Below the pieces are notes generated by a model. That model searched no databases and had not been told where the DNA came from. It was given only the letters and a program-made list of their open reading frames with translations. Shown here piece after piece: positions 38,596 through 47,419 of a stretch of 64,000 nt of DNA. Numbering within the stretch: the first letter of the stretch is position 1; the number at the start of each line of letters is the position of its first letter. The position numbers and the translations under genes are program-made. Source of the stretch: a virus; the IMG/VR virus record IMGVR_UViG_3300042549_004948, positions 32,001-96,000 of that record; one strand, written 5' to 3'.

Positions 38596-38985
38596 CTATT
38601 TACCACTCTTTGACACCCACGCCCTTATCGTCCGCTCTCCTCTGTTGTAAAGCGTTGCAATCCTCGAATAACCGTCTATCACTTTGTCCCTAAACACAAC
38701 TATCGGCGCGTACTCCTCTCCCTCTATAGGCGTTAGGTCAGACTCCCCTCCCTGTCCGTATCGCACTTCCCCACTCTCTACATAGTTCCTCAGATTTTCA
38801 TCAGCCTTCAATAGGTCAGATACTTTTACCGTCATCATTTCAAATTCTTCTCCGCTCTTAAGAACTGCCGAGATGAACAGGTCCGGATGATCTGAATCGC
38901 TCGGTGTCTTGCTCTTTATATACTCTACGGTTTCCTCTGCTGACATTGTTTCCTCTAATAATAATATATCTATTAGCTTTATCAT
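38596..38985 (-). CDS. ParB/Srx-like domain protein with MIKLIDIL leader
   Basis: PIVV..VIDGYSRIATL..G..TIRAW resembles ParB-N DG-x-x-R motif. Confidence 0.6.
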   Translation of the reverse strand: MIKLIDILLLEETMSAEETVEYIKSKTPSDSDHPDLFISAVLKSGEEFEMMTVKVSDLLKADENLRNYVESGEVRYGQGGESDLTPIEGEEYAPIVVFRDKVIDGYSRIATLYNRGERTIRAWVSKSGK

Positions 38986-39033
38986 CTCTTGTTTGTTTTT
39001 ACTTTGGTATAAAGATCTTTATTAGTTTCACTA

Positions 39034-40074
39034 TTATTTATTTGGAAGTATAATTTCTATATCTCCAGTTCTGTCTACATATACCTCAGATCCTTTAGGA
39101 GCATTTTTCTTTACGTAGGCTTGATAGAGTTTAGATCTTCTATTATCAGAGTAATCTACTTCGCCTTCATCATCAGACCTTTTGGTTGGGCTTATGAATA
39201 TAGTATTTATGATCTTTCCTTCAGCTTGATCAGTAGCAAGTTCTTTTTTGGTTGCATCTAATACAGTTGACATTACTCTGTACATCTCTCCTTTATTAAC
39301 TTCTTTATTGAAGCTAATAGTAGTTTTGTCAGGTCCTATTTTAAATTCTACTCCAAAACTAATATCATAATCAAATTCATTAGATCCTGCTTGATATGGA
39401 TCATCATCTTTATGTATAGCTATAAGATATTTGGTTCCTGATTCTGATTGGAATTCGTATTCTGCTTTATATTCGGTAGAAGCTTTGATCTTTCTATACT
39501 CATAAGGTTGTGCTGTACCTTCTCCTACCTCTTGTATTTTATTTTTTTGCTTGAAATTCTTGTTGATAAACTTAATGAAGCTACTACTAGATTGTCTTAG
39601 ATCCTTTTTAAAATTAGGAAATAGAGTGTTTATGTAGTGATCATACACATTCTTTCTTTTCTTGTCTGACGGAGAAAATAATATGGAATATATATTTTCA
39701 TCTCCACCTTCTTTCTTCATAGTGTTCTTTGTAGCTTGTACCACTGTTGCTAACACTTTAATAAAGTCTTGAGCTCCAGTCTTTTCAGAGTATTTCTTTT
39801 CCTGTTCCTCATCATTATCATACTCCTCCTCATCAGGCTCAGTAGGATCGTACTTCTTGAAAGCAATATAGATTGATTTACCAGGATCATTTGGATGTTT
39901 TGTAACCATATTAGAGATTTCCATCGGATCTCCATTTTGATTGGTATAAACATACGTGTGCATGGTACCGTAGCCTAGGTCTTTTTTTGTAATGGCATCA
40001 AACTTATAAGCATCCTCAGGTCTTGGGACGTTTAGTTCACTTAATACTTCTTTAAGTATCTTGGATAATTTCAT
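39034..40074 (-). CDS. late protein with tandem duplicated domain
   Basis: KVLATVVQATK..SPS..KRKNVY vs RVMSTVLDATK..SPT..RRSKLY; late motif at 40090-40097. Confidence 0.7.
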   Translation of the reverse strand: MKLSKILKEVLSELNVPRPEDAYKFDAITKKDLGYGTMHTYVYTNQNGDPMEISNMVTKHPNDPGKSIYIAFKKYDPTEPDEEEYDNDEEQEKKYSEKTGAQDFIKVLATVVQATKNTMKKEGGDENIYSILFSPSDKKRKNVYDHYINTLFPNFKKDLRQSSSSFIKFINKNFKQKNKIQEVGEGTAQPYEYRKIKASTEYKAEYEFQSESGTKYLIAIHKDDDPYQAGSNEFDYDISFGVEFKIGPDKTTISFNKEVNKGEMYRVMSTVLDATKKELATDQAEGKIINTIFISPTKRSDDEGEVDYSDNRRSKLYQAYVKKNAPKGSEVYVDRTGDIEIILPNK

Positions 40075-40099
40075 TTAGGTTACTTCTATATAAATATCT

Positions 40100-40258
40100 T
40101 CACGGCCATTCTGGTGTATGGTCTATTTGTATCTTCTTTGTTTGTTGATCTATATTTAGGATCTCTAATATCTGATTTAAACGTTTATCTATATCGTACA
40201 TCTTGTCTTCAATAGAATCAAGTTTACTATTAAGATCATCTATTTCTTCTGGGTTCAT
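40100..40258 (-). CDS. small coiled-coil hypothetical protein (52 aa, not in track)
   Basis: MNPEEIDDLNSKLDSIEDK...PEWP*. Confidence 0.55.
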   Translation of the reverse strand: MNPEEIDDLNSKLDSIEDKMYDIDKRLNQILEILNIDQQTKKIQIDHTPEWP

Positions 40259-40292
40259 ACTATTACTTTAAAGGTTTTTGAGTAAATATCTC

Positions 40293-40619
40293 TTAATGCA
40301 TTGGTGTCTTTAGTCCGAATTGATCGCTGTCATCGAACTCTTGATTAGTTAAGTATTCTTGTTCATTGCCATAATTCTCACAATCGTTTATGTGGTTGCA
40401 CTGTGCATCCGTATATCCTGCGTTGTAATCTTTATTTCTTTGCTCTTTCTCCATTGCTTTGGCTTGTTTAAAAACATTTACATTATGGGAAAAATCTTTT
40501 TCACTAAAAGGATTTCCGATTAAATTATCTTCCAACCATTCTACTGCTGTTAAGTTTTTAGGTATCCCTATATTCATATCTGCATTACTCGTGTGTGTTA
40601 TCTTTATTTCTTGTTTCAT
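40293..40619 (-). CDS. hypothetical protein
   Basis: TAVEWL..QAKAMEKEQ motif in small-gene array. Confidence 0.65.
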   Translation of the reverse strand: MKQEIKITHTSNADMNIGIPKNLTAVEWLEDNLIGNPFSEKDFSHNVNVFKQAKAMEKEQRNKDYNAGYTDAQCNHINDCENYGNEQEYLTNQEFDDSDQFGLKTPMH

Positions 40620-40625
40620 AGTTTA

Positions 40626-40859
40626 TTATTTTACCATATCAAAATTGACATTATTTTCAGACATCAATTCCCGTAACTTATCTCTGACCTCCTCATAAGC
40701 ATAGTACTTGTCTTGAGGCAAATCATCAGCAGCGTACTTAGTTTTTGCTCTTAGGTCTTGGTCAAGTTCCCAAAGAACACTCCAAAAGTTTAGTGCATTA
40801 TTCGCCAAATCGTATTCTTGCTGGTCATCGGGTAGGTTGAATTCTAATATTGCTTTCAT
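40626..40859 (-). CDS. hypothetical protein
   Basis: MKAILEFNLPDDQ.. ORF in small-gene array. Confidence 0.7.
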   Translation of the reverse strand: MKAILEFNLPDDQQEYDLANNALNFWSVLWELDQDLRAKTKYAADDLPQDKYYAYEEVRDKLRELMSENNVNFDMVK

Positions 40860-40862
40860 AGT

Positions 40863-41055
40863 TTATTTATTATTAATTACTATATCTGTTATCTTATCAC
40901 GACTTCCTTTAATCTGATTATCTATATTATCTACTTGGGCATTTAGATAACCAATTATAAATCCAGTCATCCAAAATTGTTTATCATTCTCATCACAACC
41001 ATGACATCCTTCCCCAAGCAGATTCTGCTAACTGTTCTAGTTCTTTTCTTGTCAT
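40863..41055 (-). pseudogene. small ORF with apparent +1 frameshift in a G4 run
   Basis: removing one G from TGGGGAAGG gives MTRKELEQLAESAWEGCHGCDENDKQFW...NNK*, which fills the gap exactly. Confidence 0.5.
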
Positions 41056-41058
41056 AGT

Positions 41059-41235
41059 TTATAGTTTTCCTATTTCTTGTTTTACTTCTGTCCAAAACTC
41101 GAATCCTCCATCTGAGCCCATAAATCTTAATACTTCATCAGCAGCTATTAATGCGGATTGTTTAGCCCATCCATCACCCATTCCTACATTGAGGTATGCT
41201 GTAAATAATTCCAATGCTTTTTCTTTTGGTGTCAT
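41059..41235 (-). CDS. hypothetical protein (58 aa, not in track)
   Basis: MTPKEKALEL...AKQSALIAADE...EVKQEIGKL*. Confidence 0.7.
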   Translation of the reverse strand: MTPKEKALELFTAYLNVGMGDGWAKQSALIAADEVLRFMGSDGGFEFWTEVKQEIGKL

Positions 41236-41251
41236 AACTTATTTAATTTAG

Positions 41252-41369
41252 TAGTCAGGGCCGGAATCGAACCGGGGGAAGTAACCTTACGACTCCATGA
41301 TTTTGCACCTTGATCGGTGTCCATTGGTCTCTAGGACTCGGGACCATCCCTCATTACACCCACCTGACT
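41252..41369 (-). ncRNA. tRNA-like RNA (acceptor stem + T arm, atypical D/anticodon region)
   Basis: AGTCAGG/CCTGACT acceptor stem and CCGG-TTCGATT-CCGG T arm; 118 nt; no canonical anticodon arm. Confidence 0.65.
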
Positions 41370-41556
41370 AAAGGAGTGGGCCTTTCCCCACGGTCAGAAG
41401 AACTTACAACTTACCTACGCACAGTGAGGTATTCTTCATGTTTGTTCACAGAGCCTGTTCAGAGTGCACCATTCCAGGTTGTCGTGCGTGTCATTATAAA
41501 ATTAATCAATCTATTTGAATCTTAGGCTGTTGATCTCCGAAGTAGGGCCAAAATTC

Positions 41557-41772
41557 TTAGAACACTACAATGATTAGGCCAGGATTATAGTGCCACTCTA
41601 TACTTTTTAGTTCAAGTCTTTCTACTTCTTTTAAAACCAAGGCTTTCAATGTCTTGTCTCGGCCACAATCTAAAAGGACTTGCGCACCATCTTTTGATTC
41701 AAGTAACCATTTAGGTAGCTCTAACTCTATTTCTTTATATGGCAGATCTTTTAAATTAAATTTCTTTTGCAT
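41557..41772 (-). CDS. hypothetical protein
   Basis: ORF in array. Confidence 0.6.
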   Translation of the reverse strand: MQKKFNLKDLPYKEIELELPKWLLESKDGAQVLLDCGRDKTLKALVLKEVERLELKSIEWHYNPGLIIVVF

Positions 41773-41786
41773 ACCTATTTGTATTT

Positions 41787-42128
41787 TTATAGATCTATCG
41801 CTACTGCTGGCAGTTGAGAGTTTAAATACCCACTTTCAAGTAATTTCCAAAGTCCACGTAAATCCTGAGCAACCAACTCTTTTTTATCGTTATAGGCGTC
41901 GTATTCTTTTTTTTGCTGCCAGTCAGTTTCGAATATATACCAATCAATCCAGTCCACTCCATTAGAATTATATTCGATTCCCATGGTTTCATTAAACAAG
42001 ACATAGAAGTGGCTCATGATATCGTATTTGCCCTCGGATAAGTTTAAGCCTATCTCGTGAAGTGCGTGCATGTCTTGCAAGGCTTGTTTATAGGTAAGCA
42101 TTATTTTTTCGAATGATTCCCATTTCAT
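41787..42128 (-). CDS. hypothetical protein
   Basis: GVDWIDWYIFE motif; ORF in array. Confidence 0.7.
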   Translation of the reverse strand: MKWESFEKIMLTYKQALQDMHALHEIGLNLSEGKYDIMSHFYVLFNETMGIEYNSNGVDWIDWYIFETDWQQKKEYDAYNDKKELVAQDLRGLWKLLESGYLNSQLPAVAIDL

Positions 42129-42203
42129 AGTCTGTATATTGTATATTTGTATTTATATAGATTTTTAGGCCCTCTCGGATCGCCCCCTACCCCCCTGGCC
42201 TTT

Positions 42204-42833
42204 CTAAGGTCTTTCTCCTACAATTCTTTCTAATTCTTCTTCGAGCATGCTTGTACTATATCCGTTATGATATTTGGTATTTGGATCTAAGTCTTTGATT
42301 TGTTGGACTAAGTCCTCTCTTCTTCCTTGGTTATAGAATTGTTGTTCTATCGAGTTTGTTAAATTGTGCATTTGATCTGTACCAGCAACGCTGATCCTTA
42401 GATCGTAGTCATGCCACTTAGTTTTATAATCCCATATCAGGAAGTTTTTAGTTAACCTTCTTTTAAGATCGCTAAGTGTACGATTCCTTACTCGAACAAT
42501 GGAATTATCATCTCCAAATAGATGTAAAAACCTGAGAACCCACCTAGGACACCATTTTGGTTTTGCCTTGTAGTCCATGAATATAACTAAAGGCTCCATA
42601 GCTTTAAAGATTGGGCCTTCCTCTTTCCAAGGTACACTTCCTAAATAATGGTATTTCTCATAGAAGTTTTTAGGAAAGAACACAGATCTAAGATCTTCGA
42701 ACGTGATGTTCCTTGTATGGATCATGCCTTTGCTTCTGCCTTTCCAGAATAGTAGACTCTGTAAAAAATCTACAGCCTTTTCTTTCAATGGTCTTCTGTC
42801 CTTGAACGGACCGAACTTACTTTTATTTTTCAT
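42204..42833 (-). CDS. hypothetical protein
   Basis: 209-aa ORF with TATATTTAC promoter element upstream. Confidence 0.75.
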   Translation of the reverse strand: MKNKSKFGPFKDRRPLKEKAVDFLQSLLFWKGRSKGMIHTRNITFEDLRSVFFPKNFYEKYHYLGSVPWKEEGPIFKAMEPLVIFMDYKAKPKWCPRWVLRFLHLFGDDNSIVRVRNRTLSDLKRRLTKNFLIWDYKTKWHDYDLRISVAGTDQMHNLTNSIEQQFYNQGRREDLVQQIKDLDPNTKYHNGYSTSMLEEELERIVGERP

Positions 42834-42890
42834 AACTTTTTGTTGTATATGTAAATATAATTAAATTCAGTCAATCGTGTATACTTATCT

Positions 42891-43001
42891 TTAGAGTGAA
42901 TTTAATATGGCTAGATTAGCCTTTATCCTCTTTTGATGTTTCTTGTGGTTTTTTGTACTTTTAAGATTAGCGGGTTTTTGATGCTTTTTGCTTTTTGCCA
43001 T
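42891..43001 (-). CDS. very basic 36-aa protein (not in track)
   Basis: MAKSKKHQKPANLKSTKNHKKHQKRIKANLAILNSL*; late motif at 43012-43019. Confidence 0.55.
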   Translation of the reverse strand: MAKSKKHQKPANLKSTKNHKKHQKRIKANLAILNSL

Positions 43002-43263
43002 GATTTTTACTATAAATATAAGTACGAACTTTATAATAAACCATTGTTCCAACCATTATTAAGTTCAAAGTATAATTCAATATCAATGGATAATCCCAAG
43101 GTCTGAATAGAATATAGGTGAGCATAAACACTTCACCAAAAAACCAAAGTAGTAGAAATGGCCAACCTAGATGACACGCTCCGTCCTTTATGGTTCTAAC
43201 GAGTTCTGGGAACCCACAGACCGCTAAAAATATCCCGCCTAAGTATCCTATCATTTCTATCAT
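42967..43263 (-). CDS. PQ-loop/SemiSWEET-like 3-TM protein
   Basis: IGYLGGIFLAVCGFPELVRTIK..GWPFLLLWFFGE..Y..PLILNY. Confidence 0.75.
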   Translation of the reverse strand: MIEMIGYLGGIFLAVCGFPELVRTIKDGACHLGWPFLLLWFFGEVFMLTYILFRPWDYPLILNYTLNLIMVGTMVYYKVRTYIYSKNHGKKQKASKTR

Positions 43264-43264
43264 G

Positions 43265-43507
43265 TCAGCTTATTTTTAGCTTTGCGTAGTTCTGATAGAT
43301 GTTAACATAATTCCTATCTTCTGGATTTCCTACTGTTTTAAAACTTAAGTATTCTTTATTTACTTCAAATTCTACTTCTTTATTCTTTAGTCTCCAAAGT
43401 CCTTTAGTCTTTAGTTGACCAGGGTGTAATGGCATCAGAAATTTATCGGATCCTTCTAAATATTCTATGAACCACTGATCTTCTTTCTTAATTAGTTTTC
43501 CTTTCAT
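43265..43507 (-). CDS. hypothetical protein
   Basis: ORF in array. Confidence 0.65.
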   Translation of the reverse strand: MKGKLIKKEDQWFIEYLEGSDKFLMPLHPGQLKTKGLWRLKNKEVEFEVNKEYLSFKTVGNPEDRNYVNIYQNYAKLKIS

Positions 43508-43640
43508 AGTGAGTTTATGATTTCTTCTTAGATTTTTTGTCCGTACTCTCTAATTTTTTGAAGATCTTTTGCTAACTGGTGATCATAAACCATTTTAAAT
43601 ATCAAAGAACATAGTACTATTACAAACATAATTGCTCCTA

Positions 43641-43907
43641 TCATAACATTCTTTTTTTCTGTAAATTAATAAATTTTTCGTATTCTATCCAATGTCCAAC
43701 TTCTTCTATTCCTGTATCTTCCCAATCAGGAACATATAGAATTATAATTCCTTCCATATCCTTTCCTATTGATATAAAACCAAAGCCTTCGCATATACAC
43801 GGCATATGATATCCTGGTACAAGATCCTTTGCCACTTCTTCTATATCAAAGTCCCAAGGAAATTCAGGATCATTTATATCTGCCCATTGTTTTGAAAAAT
43901 CAGCCAT
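43641..43907 (-). CDS. hypothetical protein
   Basis: MADFSKQW..ICEGFG motif. Confidence 0.7.
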   Translation of the reverse strand: MADFSKQWADINDPEFPWDFDIEEVAKDLVPGYHMPCICEGFGFISIGKDMEGIIILYVPDWEDTGIEEVGHWIEYEKFINLQKKRML

Positions 43908-44177
43908 TTAATTAATTTTTTGAGAGGTATCCGACAAATATCTTTTTAATACTTGATAATTAGGTGCGTCTTCTGAGCATCCTAGTCCCATGTTACTTAA
44001 GATAAATTTAACATCTCCAACTGTACTAACTTTATTCCAATCTATCGAATACCATTTAGGTATGGGGTCTTCTGTTATTTGCATAACTTCAGCATTAAGA
44101 TATTCTACAGGAGGAGTAGGTGCTGGCATTGCAACTACAGGCGATTTTTTCTTTCTAGGTTTTTCACTTACTGCCAT
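43908..44177 (-). CDS. hypothetical protein
   Basis: ORF in array. Confidence 0.65.
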   Translation of the reverse strand: MAVSEKPRKKKSPVVAMPAPTPPVEYLNAEVMQITEDPIPKWYSIDWNKVSTVGDVKFILSNMGLGCSEDAPNYQVLKRYLSDTSQKIN

Positions 44178-44350
44178 ATTATTTAATTTTGTTGTACATT
44201 TTAAATTTACACAATTTATTTAATTCGTCGATAATTAAGTTTATAGTGGTTTCCCACTCTTTGTATTCTTTCTTCTTTCTCCTATCTGGTTTCTCAGAAA
44301 ACAGATCTTCTACTCTTTCAACTAATGATGTAACATTTGACATTAGATTT

Positions 44351-45118
44351 CTATTTTACTGAATTAGTTTTTAATATTCCATCTTCAATAATAAGATAGT
44401 CTCCTGATGTTTCCATAGTATCTATAAAGTAGTATCTACCTCCTGTATGTTTATCTGATCCTATTATATCTATTTCTCTCATTCGAGTATGCCCGACAAT
44501 TTGAATGTAGTCTTTCTTTAATCCCTTGCCGTGTTTCTTATTTATAGACATTAATGATCCAGGTCTAATCCAAATTGGCGTTTGCTCTTGACTATCTCCA
44601 TGAGGATCAAAGCCATTAAATTCAAATGCTTTAGGTTTATATCTAAATAATTCATTCAAATCAACTACAACACTCTCCTTACTCCAATCATCAGAACCAA
44701 ATACTTGATCCATAAATCTTGGACTTACACCTGCATGAGTGAATAGATATTCACCAAATCCATAAGCCATTTGCAAATGATATCTATTCTCATCTACAAC
44801 CTGAGTAATTGAATGTCCTACACCTGATTGATATCCACTAGTGCCTGTGTAACCTATCTCAGGAAAATAATGATGATCGTGGTTACCTATAAGTAATACT
44901 ACTTCAGTTTTATGTTGATTATCTTTACCATCATTTGTAAATGAGGTTTCTTTATATTCTATGATTTCTTTAAAATTGTGTATCTGCTCCACTCCACTTA
45001 TTTCAAATGAGTCAAAATAATCGCCCATAAAAATAACCCTATCTGGATTTTCTTTATATACAGCGAGTTTCCAATCTGATCTCCCATGCAAATCTCCTAT
45101 AACAATAGTTTTTGACAT
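44351..45118 (-). CDS. calcineurin-like metallophosphoesterase
   Basis: GDLHG, GDYFD, GNHD, THAG and VGHT motifs. Confidence 0.9.
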   Translation of the reverse strand: MSKTIVIGDLHGRSDWKLAVYKENPDRVIFMGDYFDSFEISGVEQIHNFKEIIEYKETSFTNDGKDNQHKTEVVLLIGNHDHHYFPEIGYTGTSGYQSGVGHSITQVVDENRYHLQMAYGFGEYLFTHAGVSPRFMDQVFGSDDWSKESVVVDLNELFRYKPKAFEFNGFDPHGDSQEQTPIWIRPGSLMSINKKHGKGLKKDYIQIVGHTRMREIDIIGSDKHTGGRYYFIDTMETSGDYLIIEDGILKTNSVK

Positions 45119-45155
45119 AATATAAATTTAAGACTATTTAATGAAATAAATTAGA

Positions 45156-45503
45156 CTATCTCCAAAGTACTTGAATTGCCACTATAATTACTCCTAATAT
45201 TAAAGACACTATGGTTTTAGGTGTTAACTGTTCTCCAAATAATAGCCAGCTCATTAAAGAGAATACTATGATCCCGAGGCCGAAACCTATCAATCTTTGT
45301 GGCCAGAGTTCACCATCGAATGCGGCTATTAAATTCTCTATTGATCTTAGAAAGATCCAACTAATCGGGATAGATAAAAGAAGTAAGGCCCATTGATGTT
45401 TTGTATTCCATCCATATCTTATGCCTACTTGTAATTGGGTGAAAGACAAGATCTGTCCTACGAGCCCATATAATATTCCGAAAACTAAATTCTGCATAAC
45501 CAT
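45156..45503 (-). CDS. 4-TM membrane protein (DMT/SMR-like)
   Basis: four hydrophobic helices, LFGEQLTPKTIVSLIL. Confidence 0.6.
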   Translation of the reverse strand: MVMQNLVFGILYGLVGQILSFTQLQVGIRYGWNTKHQWALLLLSIPISWIFLRSIENLIAAFDGELWPQRLIGFGLGIIVFSLMSWLLFGEQLTPKTIVSLILGVIIVAIQVLWR

Positions 45504-45519
45504 TTTACTTTATTTTTTA

Positions 45520-45795
45520 TTATTCTTCTGGTTGTAACACTAGTCCTGATGACATGTTACCTCCGGTCTCTTCTAATGCTTCTTCATTTAGAAGTTCGTG
45601 GATCTCTTTCTTGATTTCTTTTATAGCATCAATATATTGCGTTAACTTCTCTTTTTTATCTGGAGATAAATTGGAGATTCTTTCTTTCATACTCATTTCG
45701 CCTTTAACTTGCACTACTTCGTCTGTAGATTCTGATTCTATTTCCATTAAGGCTTTGAGTTTCTTGCTATATTCTACTGGATTCAAATAATTCAT
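45520..45795 (-). CDS. acidic late protein
   Basis: late motif at 45810-45817; LME/MKE/LNE motifs. Confidence 0.65.
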   Translation of the reverse strand: MNYLNPVEYSKKLKALMEIESESTDEVVQVKGEMSMKERISNLSPDKKEKLTQYIDAIKEIKKEIHELLNEEALEETGGNMSSGLVLQPEE

Positions 45796-45797
45796 TT

Positions 45798-46010
45798 CTA
45801 TGCTTTATTATAAATATTTGACATCTGAACTAATTTCTTACCCAATTCAGGATCCTTGATGATATGAACTTCAAAGTCACTCTTAGATCCAGCGGCAATG
45901 ATTCCAGTATACCTCTCTGAAGTAGAGTGCTTTACACATGTCGTACCATACCCTAGTTGTACTCTTTTAGGATGAATTTCCTCATTACATACTTTACAAT
46001 ACTTTGTCAT
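45798..46010 (-). CDS. zinc-finger protein (TraR/DksA C4-like)
   Basis: CKVCNEEIHPKR..G..TCVKH. Confidence 0.6.
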   Translation of the reverse strand: MTKYCKVCNEEIHPKRVQLGYGTTCVKHSTSERYTGIIAAGSKSDFEVHIIKDPELGKKLVQMSNIYNKA

Positions 46011-46029
46011 AGTTTATTTGTTTTTATTA

Positions 46030-46488
46030 TTACCAACTTGAATGATACTCAAAACTTTCTGCATCTTTATCTCCTAGGCATTCTTCTAGAATGTCTATAG
46101 TTTCTATAATACTTCCATAATAATATGGATCATATTCTGTTGAGCCAAAGAAAAATCCTGACTCGCTTGAAAGTAATTTAGGACCTTTACTATTGTCTTC
46201 CATAACCTCTTGACATATTTCGAATAGATCTTTCAATTCTGACTTAGTAACTCGATAATAGCCACAATCGTCCACGCCGTTTTGAACATTATCCACGAAC
46301 CATTTGTGAATGTGGTTGGCCTTTCTCCAATATCCTACTTCCTCTATCACATACTTAATGCGGTTGCTCTTTATTGTAGGATGGGAATTTCCACCTCTAG
46401 TAATTGTAATGCCTTCTCTAAATTCTTCCTTAACCCAATCTCCCGAGGTAATATACACCTTCTTGTACAAATACATGTCAAGTCCCAT
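46030..46488 (-). CDS. conserved phage hypothetical protein
   Basis: MGLDMYL..YWRKANHIHKWF..GFFFGS..YHSSW. Confidence 0.75.
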   Translation of the reverse strand: MGLDMYLYKKVYITSGDWVKEEFREGITITRGGNSHPTIKSNRIKYVIEEVGYWRKANHIHKWFVDNVQNGVDDCGYYRVTKSELKDLFEICQEVMEDNSKGPKLLSSESGFFFGSTEYDPYYYGSIIETIDILEECLGDKDAESFEYHSSW

Positions 46489-46512
46489 AACTTTTATTTT
46501 AATTGTTTTTGA

Positions 46513-47400
46513 TTATGCTTCTACTTTAGAATATGTTTCGTAACGTTTTGCTGCAGAGTTCTTGGCACTTTGACTTCCGCCATTTTGCCAATCGTATACT
46601 TCTTGAATAAAGTCATTAAATTTCTTAGCCGATACTTCATAGACCGTAGTTTTTTCTATAGATTCGCCTTTGTCTTGCGTAACTTCGACGCTAACTTTAT
46701 ACTTATTTATTTTTAGAATTTTAAATGAAGTAGCCCATACGTAATTGTGGTTAAATCTACCTGTAGAAAGTTTGATGACGTGATTATATTGTTTGATTTT
46801 GTATTCGGGATCCTCAGGGGTCCAATTTCTTTCACAAATAGTCTTTTCGTCTAAAGTAAGCGCAAAACCTTCCTTCTTGTAACTATCTAGACCTTGTACT
46901 CTAAGATCCGATTCTACTTGATGTATACTTCTATTGATATCATGTATCTCATATTCTAACTCTTCTAGTTTAGCACTGATATTTTTAAAAGCTGGATACC
47001 AATTATTAATAAACTCATGAGAGATTATTCCTAACTTAGAAGCCACGGCTCCGAAGATTTCTACATCTATAAGAGTATTTTCGTCCTCTAGTCTAGCACT
47101 AGAACCATACCAATTCATTTTAACTGATATCGGATTTCTTGTTTTATAGTCTATGTCTAAAGATAGCGTGCATCCACCCCACGATGAATTTGGACTTTCA
47201 CTCCTTGATATTTCTATAGAGTGTTGCGATGCATTAATGTTAGGGACTTTTGAACTAACATTTTTTTTGAACCACTCTAGAATATTTAGTCTTAGCTCAT
47301 TATTCTTAGGAGAATAAGATTGTTCCTTATGTTCTAATGCTATCTTTTGCTTTTCTAGTAACTGCGCATTCAATGCGCTTAATATAATTTTGTTGCTCAT
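46513..47400 (-). CDS. hypothetical protein (start revised to MSNKIIL)
   Basis: AAAAGTTATG start context. Confidence 0.7.
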   Translation of the reverse strand: MSNKIILSALNAQLLEKQKIALEHKEQSYSPKNNELRLNILEWFKKNVSSKVPNINASQHSIEISRSESPNSSWGGCTLSLDIDYKTRNPISVKMNWYGSSARLEDENTLIDVEIFGAVASKLGIISHEFINNWYPAFKNISAKLEELEYEIHDINRSIHQVESDLRVQGLDSYKKEGFALTLDEKTICERNWTPEDPEYKIKQYNHVIKLSTGRFNHNYVWATSFKILKINKYKVSVEVTQDKGESIEKTTVYEVSAKKFNDFIQEVYDWQNGGSQSAKNSAAKRYETYSKVEA

Positions 47401-47419
47401 AACTTTTATTTTATTTTGA

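Noticed and set aside
38028-38693. Plus-strand ORFs 38028-38240, 38209-38406 and 38334-38693
   Set aside because: They oppose the local gene direction, overlap a promoter element and a real gene, and their hydrophobicity reflects T-rich low-complexity DNA.
41310-41965. Plus-strand ORFs 41310-41525 and 41654-41965
   Set aside because: They are antisense to the tRNA-like element and to better minus-strand ORFs.
42166-42203. GC-rich hairpin with G tracts on the minus strand (terminator or G-quadruplex)
   Set aside because: No U tract on the transcribed strand, and only three tracts of three or more G.
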